A stretch of 64,000 nt of DNA from Planctomycetota bacterium (GTDB lineage: Bacteria > Planctomycetota > SZUA-567 > H5-PLA8): the NCBI GenBank assembly GCA_038227875.1, contig JBBRPR010000001.1:64001-128000 (forward strand). Direction: 5' to 3'. Shown here one piece after another: positions 48,213 to 58,658 of this stretch (its first letter is position 1; each line of letters begins with the position of its first letter). The translations under genes were made by a program, and so were the position numbers. Under the pieces are notes generated by a model. The model made no database searches. It worked only from the letters and a program-made list of their open reading frames with translations, and was not told the DNA's origin.

Positions 48213-48890
48213 CTAGTCTTTCCACTGTGACCGTGGTTTGAGCCATTTGAATTCGATATCCTTTTCAGGAAGTTCTAAATCAGTCCTCAGAATATTGCGA
48301 AGAGTTCTATCGGAAAGAAGGCTGCCCCAACCTTCTCTTTCTTTGCAATTAATATAGGGAGCTGATTGAACTTTCTTCAAACGGTTAATCCATTGTTTGG
48401 GGAGGTACGGTGTGAAGCAATGACACCAGAGGGCGAGCCAAGTTCGTGTTTCATCTTCTCCGTGACAATACCGGGCGAAATCGAGCGCGTGCCGATATAG
48501 AGCGCTGATAAAATTGGGAGCGTAGACATATGCTATTTCACAGTCATTAGGCAGATACACAACCGACACCCCAGATTTGTCTTTGCGCTTTGGATCCCAA
48601 CTCCACTTTGCTCCTCCGCCGTCATGCGCAAACGGAACGAATCTATCCATGGCATATTTGGGGTGAGTGAAGGCCTCGATTTCGGGGAGCTGTAGCCATT
48701 CCATCTCAGAAAACCAAAGGTAAAACATGGGAGATTCTGAGCTGACATTTCGAAAGGGGCGCTTTGCCTCTGACCACTGCAACCATCCCCTGTTCATCAA
48801 ATCGACATAAGCGTCGGGAAGTTCCATGCCGTAACGTTCTTCAATTTTCCGAACAAGAGCCTGGATTTTTGCCATTTCAATATTCTTCAC
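48213..48890 (-). CDS. SMI1/KNR4 (SUKH) family protein
   Basis: IEERYGMELPDAYVDLM, FVPFAHDGGG..W, VV..D..APNF; GTGA overlap with upstream stop; lower GC. Confidence 0.75.
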   Translation of the reverse strand: MKNIEMAKIQALVRKIEERYGMELPDAYVDLMNRGWLQWSEAKRPFRNVSSESPMFYLWFSEMEWLQLPEIEAFTHPKYAMDRFVPFAHDGGGAKWSWDPKRKDKSGVSVVYLPNDCEIAYVYAPNFISALYRHALDFARYCHGEDETRTWLALWCHCFTPYLPKQWINRLKKVQSAPYINCKEREGWGSLLSDRTLRNILRTDLELPEKDIEFKWLKPRSQWKD

Positions 48891-49144
48891 TCCACCTTCG
48901 CCGGCACCACGCCCTTCCCGCAGCGCGGACACGTCGTTTCCGTCTTCGGAATAAACTCCATGCATGTCGGACACGGGTGCGTGCGGTTGCGGGCGATGAA
49001 GCGGATGCTGTAGGCGAAACCGATCAGGCCGATGACCAGCACGCCCAGCACGGACGTGATGATCGTCAGCATCAGGCGGACGCTCTCTTCGTCCTCGGGC
49101 GTCAGCGTGTTCGACGCGGCGAGCAGTAGATTCAAGAACGCCAT
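48887..49144 (-). CDS. Small membrane protein with zinc ribbon
   Basis: One TM followed by CPTC..CPRC; GAGG RBS. Confidence 0.7.
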   Translation of the reverse strand: MAFLNLLLAASNTLTPEDEESVRLMLTIITSVLGVLVIGLIGFAYSIRFIARNRTHPCPTCMEFIPKTETTCPRCGKGVVPAKVE

Positions 49145-49163
49145 GTCTGAACCTCGGTTCCGA

Positions 49164-49733
49164 TCAATCCGCGCCGGTGCGGTTATAGAAATGGGCCATC
49201 ACTTCGTCGCGCGCGGCGTGGTCGGTGACGAAATGGCCGCGGATCGCGCTGGTGATCATCGAACTGCCGGGCTTCTTGATGCCGCGCATGGTCATGCAGG
49301 AATGGGACGCCTCCAGCAGCACCGCCACGCCCCGCGCGTGAAGTTTGTTAAACAACGTGTCGGCGATCTGGCACGTCAGCCGCTCCTGGACCTGCAGCCG
49401 CCGCGCAAAACCATCGACCAGCCGCGCCAGCTTGCTCAAGCCCACGATCTTTCCGTTGGGCAGATAGGCGACGTGAGCTTTGCCATGGAACGGCAGCATG
49501 TGATGCTCGCACATCGAATAAAAGGGGATGTTCTTCAACACCACGACTTCGTTGTAGCTTTCATCGAAGGTGGTCTCCAAATGGATGCCGGGATCCTCGT
49601 TCATCCCGCCGAGAATCTCGTCGTACATGCGCGCCACGCGCGAGGGCGTCTCCAGCAGACCCTGGCGGTCGGGGTTCTCCCCGATTCCAATTAAAATCTC
49701 CCGTACGGCCTTGGCGATGCGATCGTGATCCAT
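49164..49733 (-). CDS. folE: GTP cyclohydrolase I
   Basis: [43 protein letters not shown]. Confidence 0.96.
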   Translation of the reverse strand: MDHDRIAKAVREILIGIGENPDRQGLLETPSRVARMYDEILGGMNEDPGIHLETTFDESYNEVVVLKNIPFYSMCEHHMLPFHGKAHVAYLPNGKIVGLSKLARLVDGFARRLQVQERLTCQIADTLFNKLHARGVAVLLEASHSCMTMRGIKKPGSSMITSAIRGHFVTDHAARDEVMAHFYNRTGAD

Positions 49734-49793
49734 CTCTTTGGTCCGTCCTTTCACTACGCGCTACGGTCAGTTCCAGTTTGGTCCTGAGAACTC

Positions 49794-49886
49794 TAACGAC
49801 GAATTATGAGTGATGAACGATGAATCCGGGACGGCGGGCAGCGCGATATTCCACTCCGTATCCGTCACTCTTAATCCATCCTTCAT
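49794..49886. repeat. Inverted pair of degenerate period-7 arrays between mqnE and folE
   Basis: aacgacg aattatg agtgatg aacgatg aat ... attccac tccgtat ccgtcac tcttaat ccatcct tcat. Confidence 0.6.
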
Positions 49887-51052
49887 TTCGTTTTCCAATC
49901 CAGCGCTCCGGCAGTGCCGCGCACGATCTCCCGGTACACATGGTCCCGTTCCACGGCCTCGCCACCGGCTTCGCTGATCAGACGCTTCAGGTCTTTGACG
50001 GTGAGCGCCTGGGGCGAATCGGCGCCAGCCATGTGGTAGATCTTTTCCTGGAGCACGGTGCCGTCGAAGTCGCTCGCGCCGTACGCCAGAGCGATCTGCG
50101 CGACGGGGACGGAGAGCATGATCCAGTACGCCTTGACGTGCGGGAAGTTATCGAGCATCAGCCGCGAAACGGCGTAGGTGCGGAGTTCGTCGACGGCGCT
50201 GGGGCCGCGTTCGACTTTCAGGACGTTGTTTTCCGGATGGTACGAGAGCGGAATGAAGGCGAGGAAGCCGCGCGTCTCGTCCTGCAGTTCGCGGAGTTGG
50301 ACCAGGTGATCGACGCGCTGCTGAAACGACTCCACGTGGCCGTAAAGCATCGTGGCGTTGCTGGGGACGCCGACGCTGTGAGACTGGCGGTGCAGATCCA
50401 GCCACTCGGCGCTGGTCTCCTTGCCGGCGCAGATTTTCTTGCGCAGGCCGTCATCGAGCACTTCCGCGCCGCCGCCGGGGAGCGAGTCGAGACCGGCTTC
50501 CTTGAGCGCGATCAGCGTTTCTTTGGGCGAGAGATTGGCCAGCGCGCTCAAGTGGTAGATTTCGATGGCGGTGAAACACTTCAGGCCGACCTTTTTGTGT
50601 TTCGCACGGATGCCGCGGAGCATCTCCGTGTAGTAACTGAACGGAAAATCGGGATGCAGTCCGCCAACGATGTGAATTTCCGTCGCGCCACTGGCGGCGA
50701 TGTCGTCGGCGTGATGGAACACTTCTTCGAGCGGCATTTCGTAGCCGCCGGCGCGCCGGTCGCGGCCCTTGCGCCGGTAGAACGAGCAGAAGGCGCAGGA
50801 GAGCGTGCAGAAATTGGAGTAATTGATGTGCCCGTTGACGACGTAAAAGACGCGGCGGCCGTGCTTCTGGCGGGCGACCCACTGGGCGAGGGCGCCGACG
50901 TCCATGACGTGCGGGGACTGGAACAGCGCCAAGCCATCTGCCGCGGTGAGCCGCTGGCCGGAGGCGATTTTGTCACGGATGGGAAGCAGCTCCGCAGCCA
51001 CGGCGGGCGGTTCCACGGCTTCCGTTTGAACGGCGCTGTCGAGCACAGCCAT
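49883..51052 (-). CDS. mqnE: Aminofutalosine synthase (radical SAM, CofH/MqnE family)
   Basis: HINYSNFCTLSCAFCSF, EIHIVGG, PGGGAE, NATMLYGH, HVKAYWIM, EKIYHMAGA. Confidence 0.88.
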   Translation of the reverse strand: MAVLDSAVQTEAVEPPAVAAELLPIRDKIASGQRLTAADGLALFQSPHVMDVGALAQWVARQKHGRRVFYVVNGHINYSNFCTLSCAFCSFYRRKGRDRRAGGYEMPLEEVFHHADDIAASGATEIHIVGGLHPDFPFSYYTEMLRGIRAKHKKVGLKCFTAIEIYHLSALANLSPKETLIALKEAGLDSLPGGGAEVLDDGLRKKICAGKETSAEWLDLHRQSHSVGVPSNATMLYGHVESFQQRVDHLVQLRELQDETRGFLAFIPLSYHPENNVLKVERGPSAVDELRTYAVSRLMLDNFPHVKAYWIMLSVPVAQIALAYGASDFDGTVLQEKIYHMAGADSPQALTVKDLKRLISEAGGEAVERDHVYREIVRGTAGALDWKTK

Positions 51053-51315
51053 CGTTGAAAACTCTCCAAGCTATACATTCTCAGTCTAGCGAATCAAGGT
51101 TGGGAAGATAGCGCAGGGCACGGTGAGCGGAATGGGACTCGCGCGAAAGCGGTTGCGGTGCGGAACTTGGAGCAGTTCGTCGCTTTACAGCAGCAGTTTG
51201 CTCATTTAAAAACATGGCCCGTGCAGGAAGGCAGACAAGTTCTGCGTCCCTTTTTTATGTGTCGTCGCCGGTCGGTCCCCATTCAAAGTGTGCAACCCAA
51301 GGAGATCTCAAAAAG

Positions 51316-53931
51316 ATGAGCGTCACTGGTCGTTGCGTAGGATTTCTCCGTCGCCATAAGTTCTTAAGTTATTGCCTCCTGTCCACGCTCGTCGTCGTCC
51401 TCTTCAATCTCTCCGGAATGAATAATTCCAAGGTGCACGCCGAAGACGCCGGCGGGCCGAAGCCTGGTCCCACTGCGGACGCCAAGGCAGCGGCAGAAGA
51501 TTTTCAGTATTTCGAATTCTTATCCAAACCCACGTACTCCCAGGCGGAAAAAATCGGTCTCTTCGTGACACTCGGTGTTGCGGTGGCCGGCTTGCTCTAC
51601 GCGGCGATGTTGATGAAGCAGGTCAACGCCGCCGACAAGGGCACGCTGAAAATGCAGGAGGTTGCCAACGCCGTGCGCGAAGGCGCTGACGCGTACCTGA
51701 AGCGGCAGTTGAGCACCGTGGCGGTGCTGATCGCGATTCTAGTGGTCGTGCTATATGTGACCAAAGCAATGACGTCGGAGAAAGGCTTTTCCGATCCCTT
51801 TGCGATTGGACGCGCACTGGCTTTTCTGATGGGCGCGCTATTCTCCGGCACGGTTGGATTCGTCGGCATGCGACTGGCGACGACGGGCAACTTGCGAGTG
51901 GCTGCGGCAGCGCCGATCGGCTTCGGTCGCGCGCTGATGCTGGGCTATCGCACCGGAACCATCACGGGAATGCTGACGGACGGTTTGGGCCTGCTCGGCG
52001 GCACGCTGATTTTCATGATCTACGGCGAACATGCTTATGAAGCGCTGCTCGGCTTCGGCTTCGGCGGCACGCTCCTGGCGCTCTTCATGCGTGTCGGCGG
52101 CGGCATCTACACCAAGGCCGCGGACGTCGGCGCGGACCTGGTCGGCAAGGTTGAAAAGGACATTCCTGAAGACGATCCGCGCAACGCAGCGACGATCGCC
52201 GACAACGTGGGCGACAATGTCGGTGACTGCGCCGGAATGGCGGCCGACATTTTCGAATCGTACGAAGTAACGATCGTCGCGGCCATGATCCTGGGCTGGA
52301 CGGCGTTCGGACACAAAGGCGTGCTCTTCCCCATTCTCGTCCGCGCCATCGGCGTAGTGGCGTCGATCATCTCGACGTACCTCGTGAAGGCCGGAGACAA
52401 GGGCAATGTCAGCGAAGCGATGAAGTCGATCAACTTTGGATTCATCGTCGGCTCGTGCTTGTCAATCCTGGGGTTCCTGGTCCTGGGTTACTTCTATCTG
52501 CATAACTTGAGGTACGCTGGCAGCGAACTTGTTCCAGCCTGGGCGGTGGTGCCGAGTTGGGCCAGTTTTGGCGATCCAACGCTGGACATGAGACCGGCCT
52601 ATGCGTGTCTGGTCGGCATTATCCTGTGTATTGGCCTGAACAAGATCACGGAAGTCTTCACAGGAACGGAGCACTCACCGGTTAAGGGCATGGTCCGCAA
52701 CTGCACCACTGGGCACGCGACGAACATCATCGAAGGTTTCGCGGTCGGTTACGAATCGGCAGTGTGGACTGCGCTGATGCTATGCGCCGCAATCATCGCG
52801 TCGGTTTTCGTTTACACCGGCACCAATCCGATCTACGTCGCCTATGGTGTCGCGATGTGCGGTATCGGCATGCTGACGTTGACGGGCAATACGATCTCCA
52901 TGGACGTCTTTGGACCGGTGGCCGACAACGCCAACGGCATCGGCGAAATGGGTTACGACCGCAAGGAGATGGGCGAAGAGAAGTACAAGGAAGCCCGTCA
53001 AATTCTCTCCGATCTCGACGCTGTCGGCAATACCACCAAGGCGGTGACCAAGGGTGTGGCAATTGGCTCGGCGGTGATCGCGGCTGTTTCGCTGTTCGCC
53101 AGTTACATCACGGTAATCGGCTCCGGCGGACAGGGCGAAAAGGAAGCACTTCCGATCACGATGTTCAACGATGTCGCCGGAATGCTCTCGATCTCCGATC
53201 CCCGGCTGCTGGTCGGCATGCTCATTGGTGGCGCGGTGCCGATGCTCTTCTCCTCGATGACCATCCGCGCCGTCGGCCGCGCGGCATTTTTGATCGTGAA
53301 CGAATGTCGCGTGCAGTTCCGCGATAAGGAAATCTGGGCGGGCACGAAGAAGCCGGATTACGCCCGTGTCGTCCGCATCTGCACCGAATCGGCGCAGCAG
53401 GAACTGGTCGGCCCGGCGTTCCTGGCCGTCTTCTCGCCGGTGCTGGTTGGGTTTGTGCTGGGGCCTGTGGCGCTGGCCGGATTCCTGGGTGGCTCGATCG
53501 TTGTGGGTCAGCTCCTCGCCTCGTTCATGTGCAATGCCGGCGGCGCGTGGGACAACGCCAAGAAGATGGTTGAAGATGAACCGCGTAACCTGGAAGCGAA
53601 CACCGGCAAGGGCAGCGAAAAGCACAAGGCTGCCGTGACCGGCGACACGGTTGGCGATCCGCTGAAAGACACCGCCGGCCCGGCCGTCAATCCGTTGCTG
53701 AAGGTGATGAACATGGTCGCCATCCTGACGGTGCCATTGATGATCACCTACCATGCGGATCTGGTGAAATCGATCAAGGAATTTGCGATCAAGGAAAGTT
53801 ACAAGCTCCCCGAGACGTTCGATGTGGCCAAGAGCAACATTCTTTACTGGGCCGCGATTGTGATTTCCCTGGCCGCACTAACCTGGGCGATCAAGCAGTC
53901 CCACCGCGAGCCGGAAAAGGCCGCGGAGTAG
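51316..53931 (+). CDS. hppA: Membrane pyrophosphatase, K+-independent H+-pumping type
   Basis: DVGADLVGKVE, EDDPRN, DNVGDNVGD, GNTTKA (Lys = K+-independent), GDTVGDPLKD; AGGAG RBS. Confidence 0.95.
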   Translation: MSVTGRCVGFLRRHKFLSYCLLSTLVVVLFNLSGMNNSKVHAEDAGGPKPGPTADAKAAAEDFQYFEFLSKPTYSQAEKIGLFVTLGVAVAGLLYAAMLMKQVNAADKGTLKMQEVANAVREGADAYLKRQLSTVAVLIAILVVVLYVTKAMTSEKGFSDPFAIGRALAFLMGALFSGTVGFVGMRLATTGNLRVAAAAPIGFGRALMLGYRTGTITGMLTDGLGLLGGTLIFMIYGEHAYEALLGFGFGGTLLALFMRVGGGIYTKAADVGADLVGKVEKDIPEDDPRNAATIADNVGDNVGDCAGMAADIFESYEVTIVAAMILGWTAFGHKGVLFPILVRAIGVVASIISTYLVKAGDKGNVSEAMKSINFGFIVGSCLSILGFLVLGYFYLHNLRYAGSELVPAWAVVPSWASFGDPTLDMRPAYACLVGIILCIGLNKITEVFTGTEHSPVKGMVRNCTTGHATNIIEGFAVGYESAVWTALMLCAAIIASVFVYTGTNPIYVAYGVAMCGIGMLTLTGNTISMDVFGPVADNANGIGEMGYDRKEMGEEKYKEARQILSDLDAVGNTTKAVTKGVAIGSAVIAAVSLFASYITVIGSGGQGEKEALPITMFNDVAGMLSISDPRLLVGMLIGGAVPMLFSSMTIRAVGRAAFLIVNECRVQFRDKEIWAGTKKPDYARVVRICTESAQQELVGPAFLAVFSPVLVGFVLGPVALAGFLGGSIVVGQLLASFMCNAGGAWDNAKKMVEDEPRNLEANTGKGSEKHKAAVTGDTVGDPLKDTAGPAVNPLLKVMNMVAILTVPLMITYHADLVKSIKEFAIKESYKLPETFDVAKSNILYWAAIVISLAALTWAIKQSHREPEKAAE

Positions 53932-53975
53932 TACGGCTGAGTCGCCAGAAAGTTGACAGCAACAGAACGAAATTG

Positions 53976-54011
53976 AAAACGGCGGACGCTTTCTGAGCGT
54001 CCGTCGTTTTT
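53976..54011. terminator. Bidirectional intrinsic terminator
   Basis: AAAACGGCGGACGCT-TTCTG-AGCGTCCGTCGTTTTT between convergent genes. Confidence 0.85.
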
Positions 54012-54025
54012 GTTTGAGTGGTCTT

Positions 54026-54811
54026 TTAGAATTCGAATGGACCGCCGAAGAGCATTTTTTCGACGGGGTCTTTGGCGTCCAGATACGCCTGACGGACGGC
54101 TTCGCAAGGCTTGATCGTCCGCGGCGTGCGAACGGGCGTGGAGAAGAACGCGAAGTTCATCATGATTCGCATGCCCTCCACTTTTCGCGCCGACCCGCGG
54201 TGCCAGGCACGCTGATCCCAGATCACCACGTCGCCTTTTCCAGGAAGGAAGGGCTCCTCGTGGAAGCCCTTCGGGTCATACGGCGAGAGCGATGGGTCGC
54301 GGTGCGAGCGTGGAATGACATAGGTCGGCCCGTGCTCGGGTGTCATATCCGTAAAGTATGCAGCCGTGTGAATCCACGCCGGATAGTGATAACCGCCGGG
54401 CGCGTTGACCGACCCGTAGCCCCAGTGGTCGCCGTCCTTGTGCCAGTCGTGAACCAGTTTCTGATCTGGATTCGATGGTTTGAGCAGCCAGGACGGACTG
54501 GCGAGTGAGATCGTCGGTTTTTCGCGCTCCCACGCGAAGGCCGTTTGGATCGCATCGCGCAAGCGTGGCGCGCGGGCTGGATTAATCACCAGCGGACTTT
54601 CGAGCGGCAACTCGTACGGTTGATACCACTGCGAACCCTTCACGATGATCGATTTGAGTTGCGCGACATAGTCATCAACGGTCTCGGAATCGAAGACACC
54701 ATGGATGATCGCGTAACCTTTCTCGCGAAAGTGGAGCAGCGCGTTGCCGAGGTCGTTGGGATGCTGAAGTTGTGTGTTGAATTTCAGAGCGGGCTCGAGT
54801 GCCGTCAACAT
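54026..54811 (-). CDS. Phytanoyl-CoA dioxygenase (PhyH) family Fe/2OG enzyme
   Basis: F.EKGY, WHKD, GPT.VIP.SH, GDVVIWD..WHRG. Confidence 0.88.
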   Translation of the reverse strand: MLTALEPALKFNTQLQHPNDLGNALLHFREKGYAIIHGVFDSETVDDYVAQLKSIIVKGSQWYQPYELPLESPLVINPARAPRLRDAIQTAFAWEREKPTISLASPSWLLKPSNPDQKLVHDWHKDGDHWGYGSVNAPGGYHYPAWIHTAAYFTDMTPEHGPTYVIPRSHRDPSLSPYDPKGFHEEPFLPGKGDVVIWDQRAWHRGSARKVEGMRIMMNFAFFSTPVRTPRTIKPCEAVRQAYLDAKDPVEKMLFGGPFEF

Positions 54812-54995
54812 GGTTCTCACATCCTAAAAAAGGTTAACATTTATTTATATTAGTTAACCCAATTTGAAGACGAAAGTCAATAATTCAAAAAGATTGCAAA
54901 TACGATCTCATAAACATCATGGCTGAATAATGTTGCAAGGATTTCTCTAGTGTCGTCCTGGGCGTCTTTGCCACTCCGCGAGTAAATAAAACTAT

Positions 54996-55829
54996 CTACA
55001 CGCGGTCAGTATTGCGGTACGCCGCCGGCGACAGCCCCATGCGCCGTGAAAAAACACGCGTGAAATAGAAGCGGTCGCAGAATCCCGTCTGCGCCGCGAT
55101 GCTGTCGATGTTCTCCGCCGTAAACGCCAGCATGTGAGCCGCGGCGCTAATGCGCCGGTCGAGAATGTACTGCGCCGGCGTCTGGCCGATGCAGCGCTTG
55201 AACAGCCGGATGAAATGATCGTCGCTGACGTGGCAGAGCGCCGCGAGCGCGTCGTTATCCAGTGGCGCGTCGAGATGCTTGTCGATGTAGTCGATCGCCG
55301 GCGTGACGCTCTGCTGCCCCAGCAGATGGCGGCAGCAGCGCGCGTGCTGTTCGGGCGCGAGGCTGCGCATCATCACGCCCAGCGCGGAATACGCCAGGGA
55401 TTTGACGCGGCAGAGCACCGCCAGATCCTGTGGCGTCTGCGCACGCATGTCACCGACCCACTGAGCCTGGAGCGCGTCGAGAAGCCTGCTTTTCGGCAGC
55501 GTTACGGGCCTGTCGAAAACATCGCGTACGAGATTGGCGGTGAGGCCCAGCACATCGAAGTGGATGTAGCAATGGTCGAGCGGCGTGCGGTTGAAACACG
55601 AAAACCGGACCCAGGCGGGAATGATGTGGACGCGGTTGGGCGTGAGTGCGAATTCCCCATGCGGCAGGATGGCTTTCGCGCCGCCTCGGTTATTCACATA
55701 GAGGCGCCAGAAGTTGCTGTAGACGTCCTGCGTGTTCCAATCCGCGGCGATGTGGACGCCTCTAGAGGTAAAGATGCGGATATGGAGTTCGTCGAGCAGA
55801 TTCAGTGGCTGGGCCTGCGCAGTAGCCAT
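54996..55829 (-). CDS. AraC family regulator
   Basis: LAALCHVS..HFIRLFK..G.TP.QY; IA..GF.D..YF.RVF....G.SP..YR. Confidence 0.93.
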   Translation of the reverse strand: MATAQAQPLNLLDELHIRIFTSRGVHIAADWNTQDVYSNFWRLYVNNRGGAKAILPHGEFALTPNRVHIIPAWVRFSCFNRTPLDHCYIHFDVLGLTANLVRDVFDRPVTLPKSRLLDALQAQWVGDMRAQTPQDLAVLCRVKSLAYSALGVMMRSLAPEQHARCCRHLLGQQSVTPAIDYIDKHLDAPLDNDALAALCHVSDDHFIRLFKRCIGQTPAQYILDRRISAAAHMLAFTAENIDSIAAQTGFCDRFYFTRVFSRRMGLSPAAYRNTDRV

Positions 55830-55963
55830 GGCACCTCATGTCGAAAAAACACACAAGTTTGACAACTTCGCCCATGGATCAATCCATGCCGCGCATGCTA
55901 TCTTGAGCGCACTGGATTGAACACTGTCGAATTACTTCAAAGAAGAAAACAGGAGCGCAAATC

Positions 55964-56866
55964 ATGAGTGCCGCGACCGTCACCGTGCAGGACCTGGAAG
56001 TCTTCGCCGAGAAGCTCGACGTCAACAAAGCCGCGGAGATCTACCGCGAGCACGGCGCGCTGGTGGTGCGCGGGCTCATGAAACCGTACGTCGAAGCGAT
56101 CCGCGCCGACATCGAACACGCCGCCGCGCAGGCGATCACGCTCCTCGACAAGGCCGAAAAACGCCCCGAAGGCTGGGTGACGCCCGACGGTACGCTCTGG
56201 CTTCCGGCGCCGAAGAATTTCTCGCGGGACAAGCAGATCATGGTGTTGGGCTGCGGCTACACGACCAGCGCGGCGTTCTTCCGCTCGGCGCTGGAGACGA
56301 AAACGCTGGACATCGTCGAGCGCATCCTCGGGCCGGACATCGAGCTGTTCCTCAACGGGCAGTGCCTCTACAAGGAACCCGTCGGCGGCCATGCCAAGAA
56401 CCTGCATCAGGACGGCGCGTACTTCGAACACCGCTACGAAGGTCCTGTGGCGAGCCTCAATTACGTCGTCGATACCGATCTGAATAACGGCGCGCTCTAC
56501 GTGATTCCCGGCACGCACAAGATGGACATGATCAAGCACGTCGACACCAGCAGCCACCTGGGGCTAGACGAGCACGAATGGCCGTGGGAACGGGCGCTGC
56601 CGATCTGCGGCAAAGCTGGTGATGCGATTTTCTTCACGGTGAAAACGGTCCATGGTTCGAAGTCGAATTCATCCAACGCCGCGCGCCCGGTCTTTATCCA
56701 CCGCTACCGCCGCGCCGACGATTATGTCGTGATCAACGCGACGTTGACGGACAACCGCGCCAAGGCCGAACAGCGCGTCAAGGAAGCGAAGAAGGAAAAT
56801 CAGCAGGGATTCATGGTCCGCGGCCGCCGCACGATGGACGCGTGGTCTGAGTTCGAAGCCGTTTAG
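55964..56866 (+). CDS. Phytanoyl-CoA dioxygenase (PhyH) family Fe/2OG enzyme
   Basis: LHQD, NGALYVIPGTH, AGDAIFF..VHGS..N; AGGAG RBS. Confidence 0.9.
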   Translation: MSAATVTVQDLEVFAEKLDVNKAAEIYREHGALVVRGLMKPYVEAIRADIEHAAAQAITLLDKAEKRPEGWVTPDGTLWLPAPKNFSRDKQIMVLGCGYTTSAAFFRSALETKTLDIVERILGPDIELFLNGQCLYKEPVGGHAKNLHQDGAYFEHRYEGPVASLNYVVDTDLNNGALYVIPGTHKMDMIKHVDTSSHLGLDEHEWPWERALPICGKAGDAIFFTVKTVHGSKSNSSNAARPVFIHRYRRADDYVVINATLTDNRAKAEQRVKEAKKENQQGFMVRGRRTMDAWSEFEAV

Positions 56867-58512
56867 AAACCGGGCGGTCTATTGCGGCGGTGCGGCGCGC
56901 TTAACGGTGCGCCGCTCTTTTTTTCCGTGGACTCATCGGTGGCCGTATCGGAGATCGCTTCTTCCAGATCGCTGGTGGCCGAGTTGGGATGCGCGTCTTC
57001 GTTCTGGTGCTCATCCGAGTGTGATTCAGCGGGCTGCGACTCCTCGTGCGGCAGTTCGCTGACATCCGGTGATTCCAGATGACCGGCGGACGCGCGCGGC
57101 AGATTCAAAATCGCGGTGTTGCTCTCCGTCGTCGCGGCGGTTTCGTTGTGCGTGCCGTTCAAGGGCGTGTTGCCATCCAGGTCCAGCGTCCCGATCGCGG
57201 GCAGGCGTTCGACAGTGATTTTCTTCAGGCGCCGGCCTTCGCGCTTGGAGACGCGGAACGCCAGCCCACTGTGCTTGAGCACGTCCGATTCTTTCGGCAC
57301 ACGTCCGGCGAGCTGGAAAACTAGCCCCGCCACGGTTTCGAACGAACCTTCGGGCATCTCGAACGACGGGAAGAGATCCTTCAGGCGTTCGACGCTGGTC
57401 TTGCCGTCGAAGATGATCGTACCGTCGCGGCCGCGCTGAACTTCCGCCGGTTCGGAATCGTATTCGTCCTGAATTTCGCCGACAATCTCTTCGATCACGT
57501 CTTCCAGCGTCACCAGTCCGCAGGTGTCGCCGAATTCGTCGACGACGATCGCCATGTGAACTTTGCTCTTCTGAAATTCCTTGAGCAGCGAGGAGACGGC
57601 CTGCGTTTCCGGCACGAACAGCGCCTCGCGCAGCAAGTCGACGAGCTTGATCAGCTTCGGATTCTGCAGCGTGTAGATCAGGTCTTTGACGTAGACGATG
57701 CCTTTGACGTTGTTCAAACTCTTGTCATAGACCGGCAGGCGCGAATAGCCCTGCTCGAAGACCTCTTTGATTTCGTCCTCACTGGCGCGCAGGCTCAGTG
57801 CGGCGATGTCCGGGCGGGGTTTCATGATTTCGCGCACGGTCTTGTCGTGGAACTTGAAGACGCGTTGGAGCATTTGCTGCTCGCCGGCGCTGACGACTCC
57901 GGCGCGCTTGCTTTCGGCCAGCAGCATCAGCAGCTCTTCTTCCGAAAGCGCGCGGGAATGCGAAGACGCTGCTTTTAATCCCATCAACTTCAACAGCCAG
58001 ATCGACGAGCTGCGTAGCAGCCAGACCAGCGGCCCGAAGAGCACTTTGAAGAACAGCATCGGCTTGATCAGGTAAATCGACATCTTTTCGGCATGTTGAA
58101 GCGCCAGGCTTTTGGGCGTCAGCTCGCCGATAACAACATGGAAGTACGTGATGATAAAGAAAGCCAGGAAGATCGAAATGCCATGCTCAATACTCACGGC
58201 GCTGGCGGTCGGTAGTGCCGGCATGATTTTGGCCAGGATCGGGCCGACGATGCCTTCCGCCAGGAACGGTTCGCCGATCCAACCCAGGCCGAGGCTGGCG
58301 AGCGTTACGCCGACCTGCGTAGCCGAGATATAATCGTCGATATGTTCGATGGCCACTTTGACCAGTCTGGCCGTGGCGCTGCCTTCTGAAATGAGCTCTT
58401 CGATCCGCGTCTTCCGGACGCGCACGAGAGCAAATTCAGCGGCTACAAAGAATGCGTTGGCCAGAATCAACAGGCCAATGGCAAGGAAGTTAAATGTAAA
58501 GTCGTAGGTCAT
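56863..58512 (-). CDS. Hemolysin-family/CNNM protein (DUF21-CBS-CBS-CorC/HlyC) with acidic disordered tail
   Basis: NAFFVAAEFA, GEL.PK, YSRLPVY, VVDEFG..GLVTLED..EEIVGEI.DE.D. Confidence 0.93.
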   Translation of the reverse strand: MTYDFTFNFLAIGLLILANAFFVAAEFALVRVRKTRIEELISEGSATARLVKVAIEHIDDYISATQVGVTLASLGLGWIGEPFLAEGIVGPILAKIMPALPTASAVSIEHGISIFLAFFIITYFHVVIGELTPKSLALQHAEKMSIYLIKPMLFFKVLFGPLVWLLRSSSIWLLKLMGLKAASSHSRALSEEELLMLLAESKRAGVVSAGEQQMLQRVFKFHDKTVREIMKPRPDIAALSLRASEDEIKEVFEQGYSRLPVYDKSLNNVKGIVYVKDLIYTLQNPKLIKLVDLLREALFVPETQAVSSLLKEFQKSKVHMAIVVDEFGDTCGLVTLEDVIEEIVGEIQDEYDSEPAEVQRGRDGTIIFDGKTSVERLKDLFPSFEMPEGSFETVAGLVFQLAGRVPKESDVLKHSGLAFRVSKREGRRLKKITVERLPAIGTLDLDGNTPLNGTHNETAATTESNTAILNLPRASAGHLESPDVSELPHEESQPAESHSDEHQNEDAHPNSATSDLEEAISDTATDESTEKKSGAPLSAPHRRNRPPGF

Positions 58513-58658
58513 TGGCTCGCGTTGGGCGACATCGGAATACGCCCTCCGTTCTAGCCTGAATTTCTACCATGATTGGGGGGAAAGCCAAGCGGTTATGCGT
58601 GACACGGGGCCGGGCAGGGATTCAGATTTGAGAAACCACGCGCATTGTGCATGGATTC

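Noticed and set aside
49883..51052. cofH (F420) or mqnC assignment
   Set aside because: HVKAYW and EKIYHMAGA fit MqnE better; no cof genes nearby.
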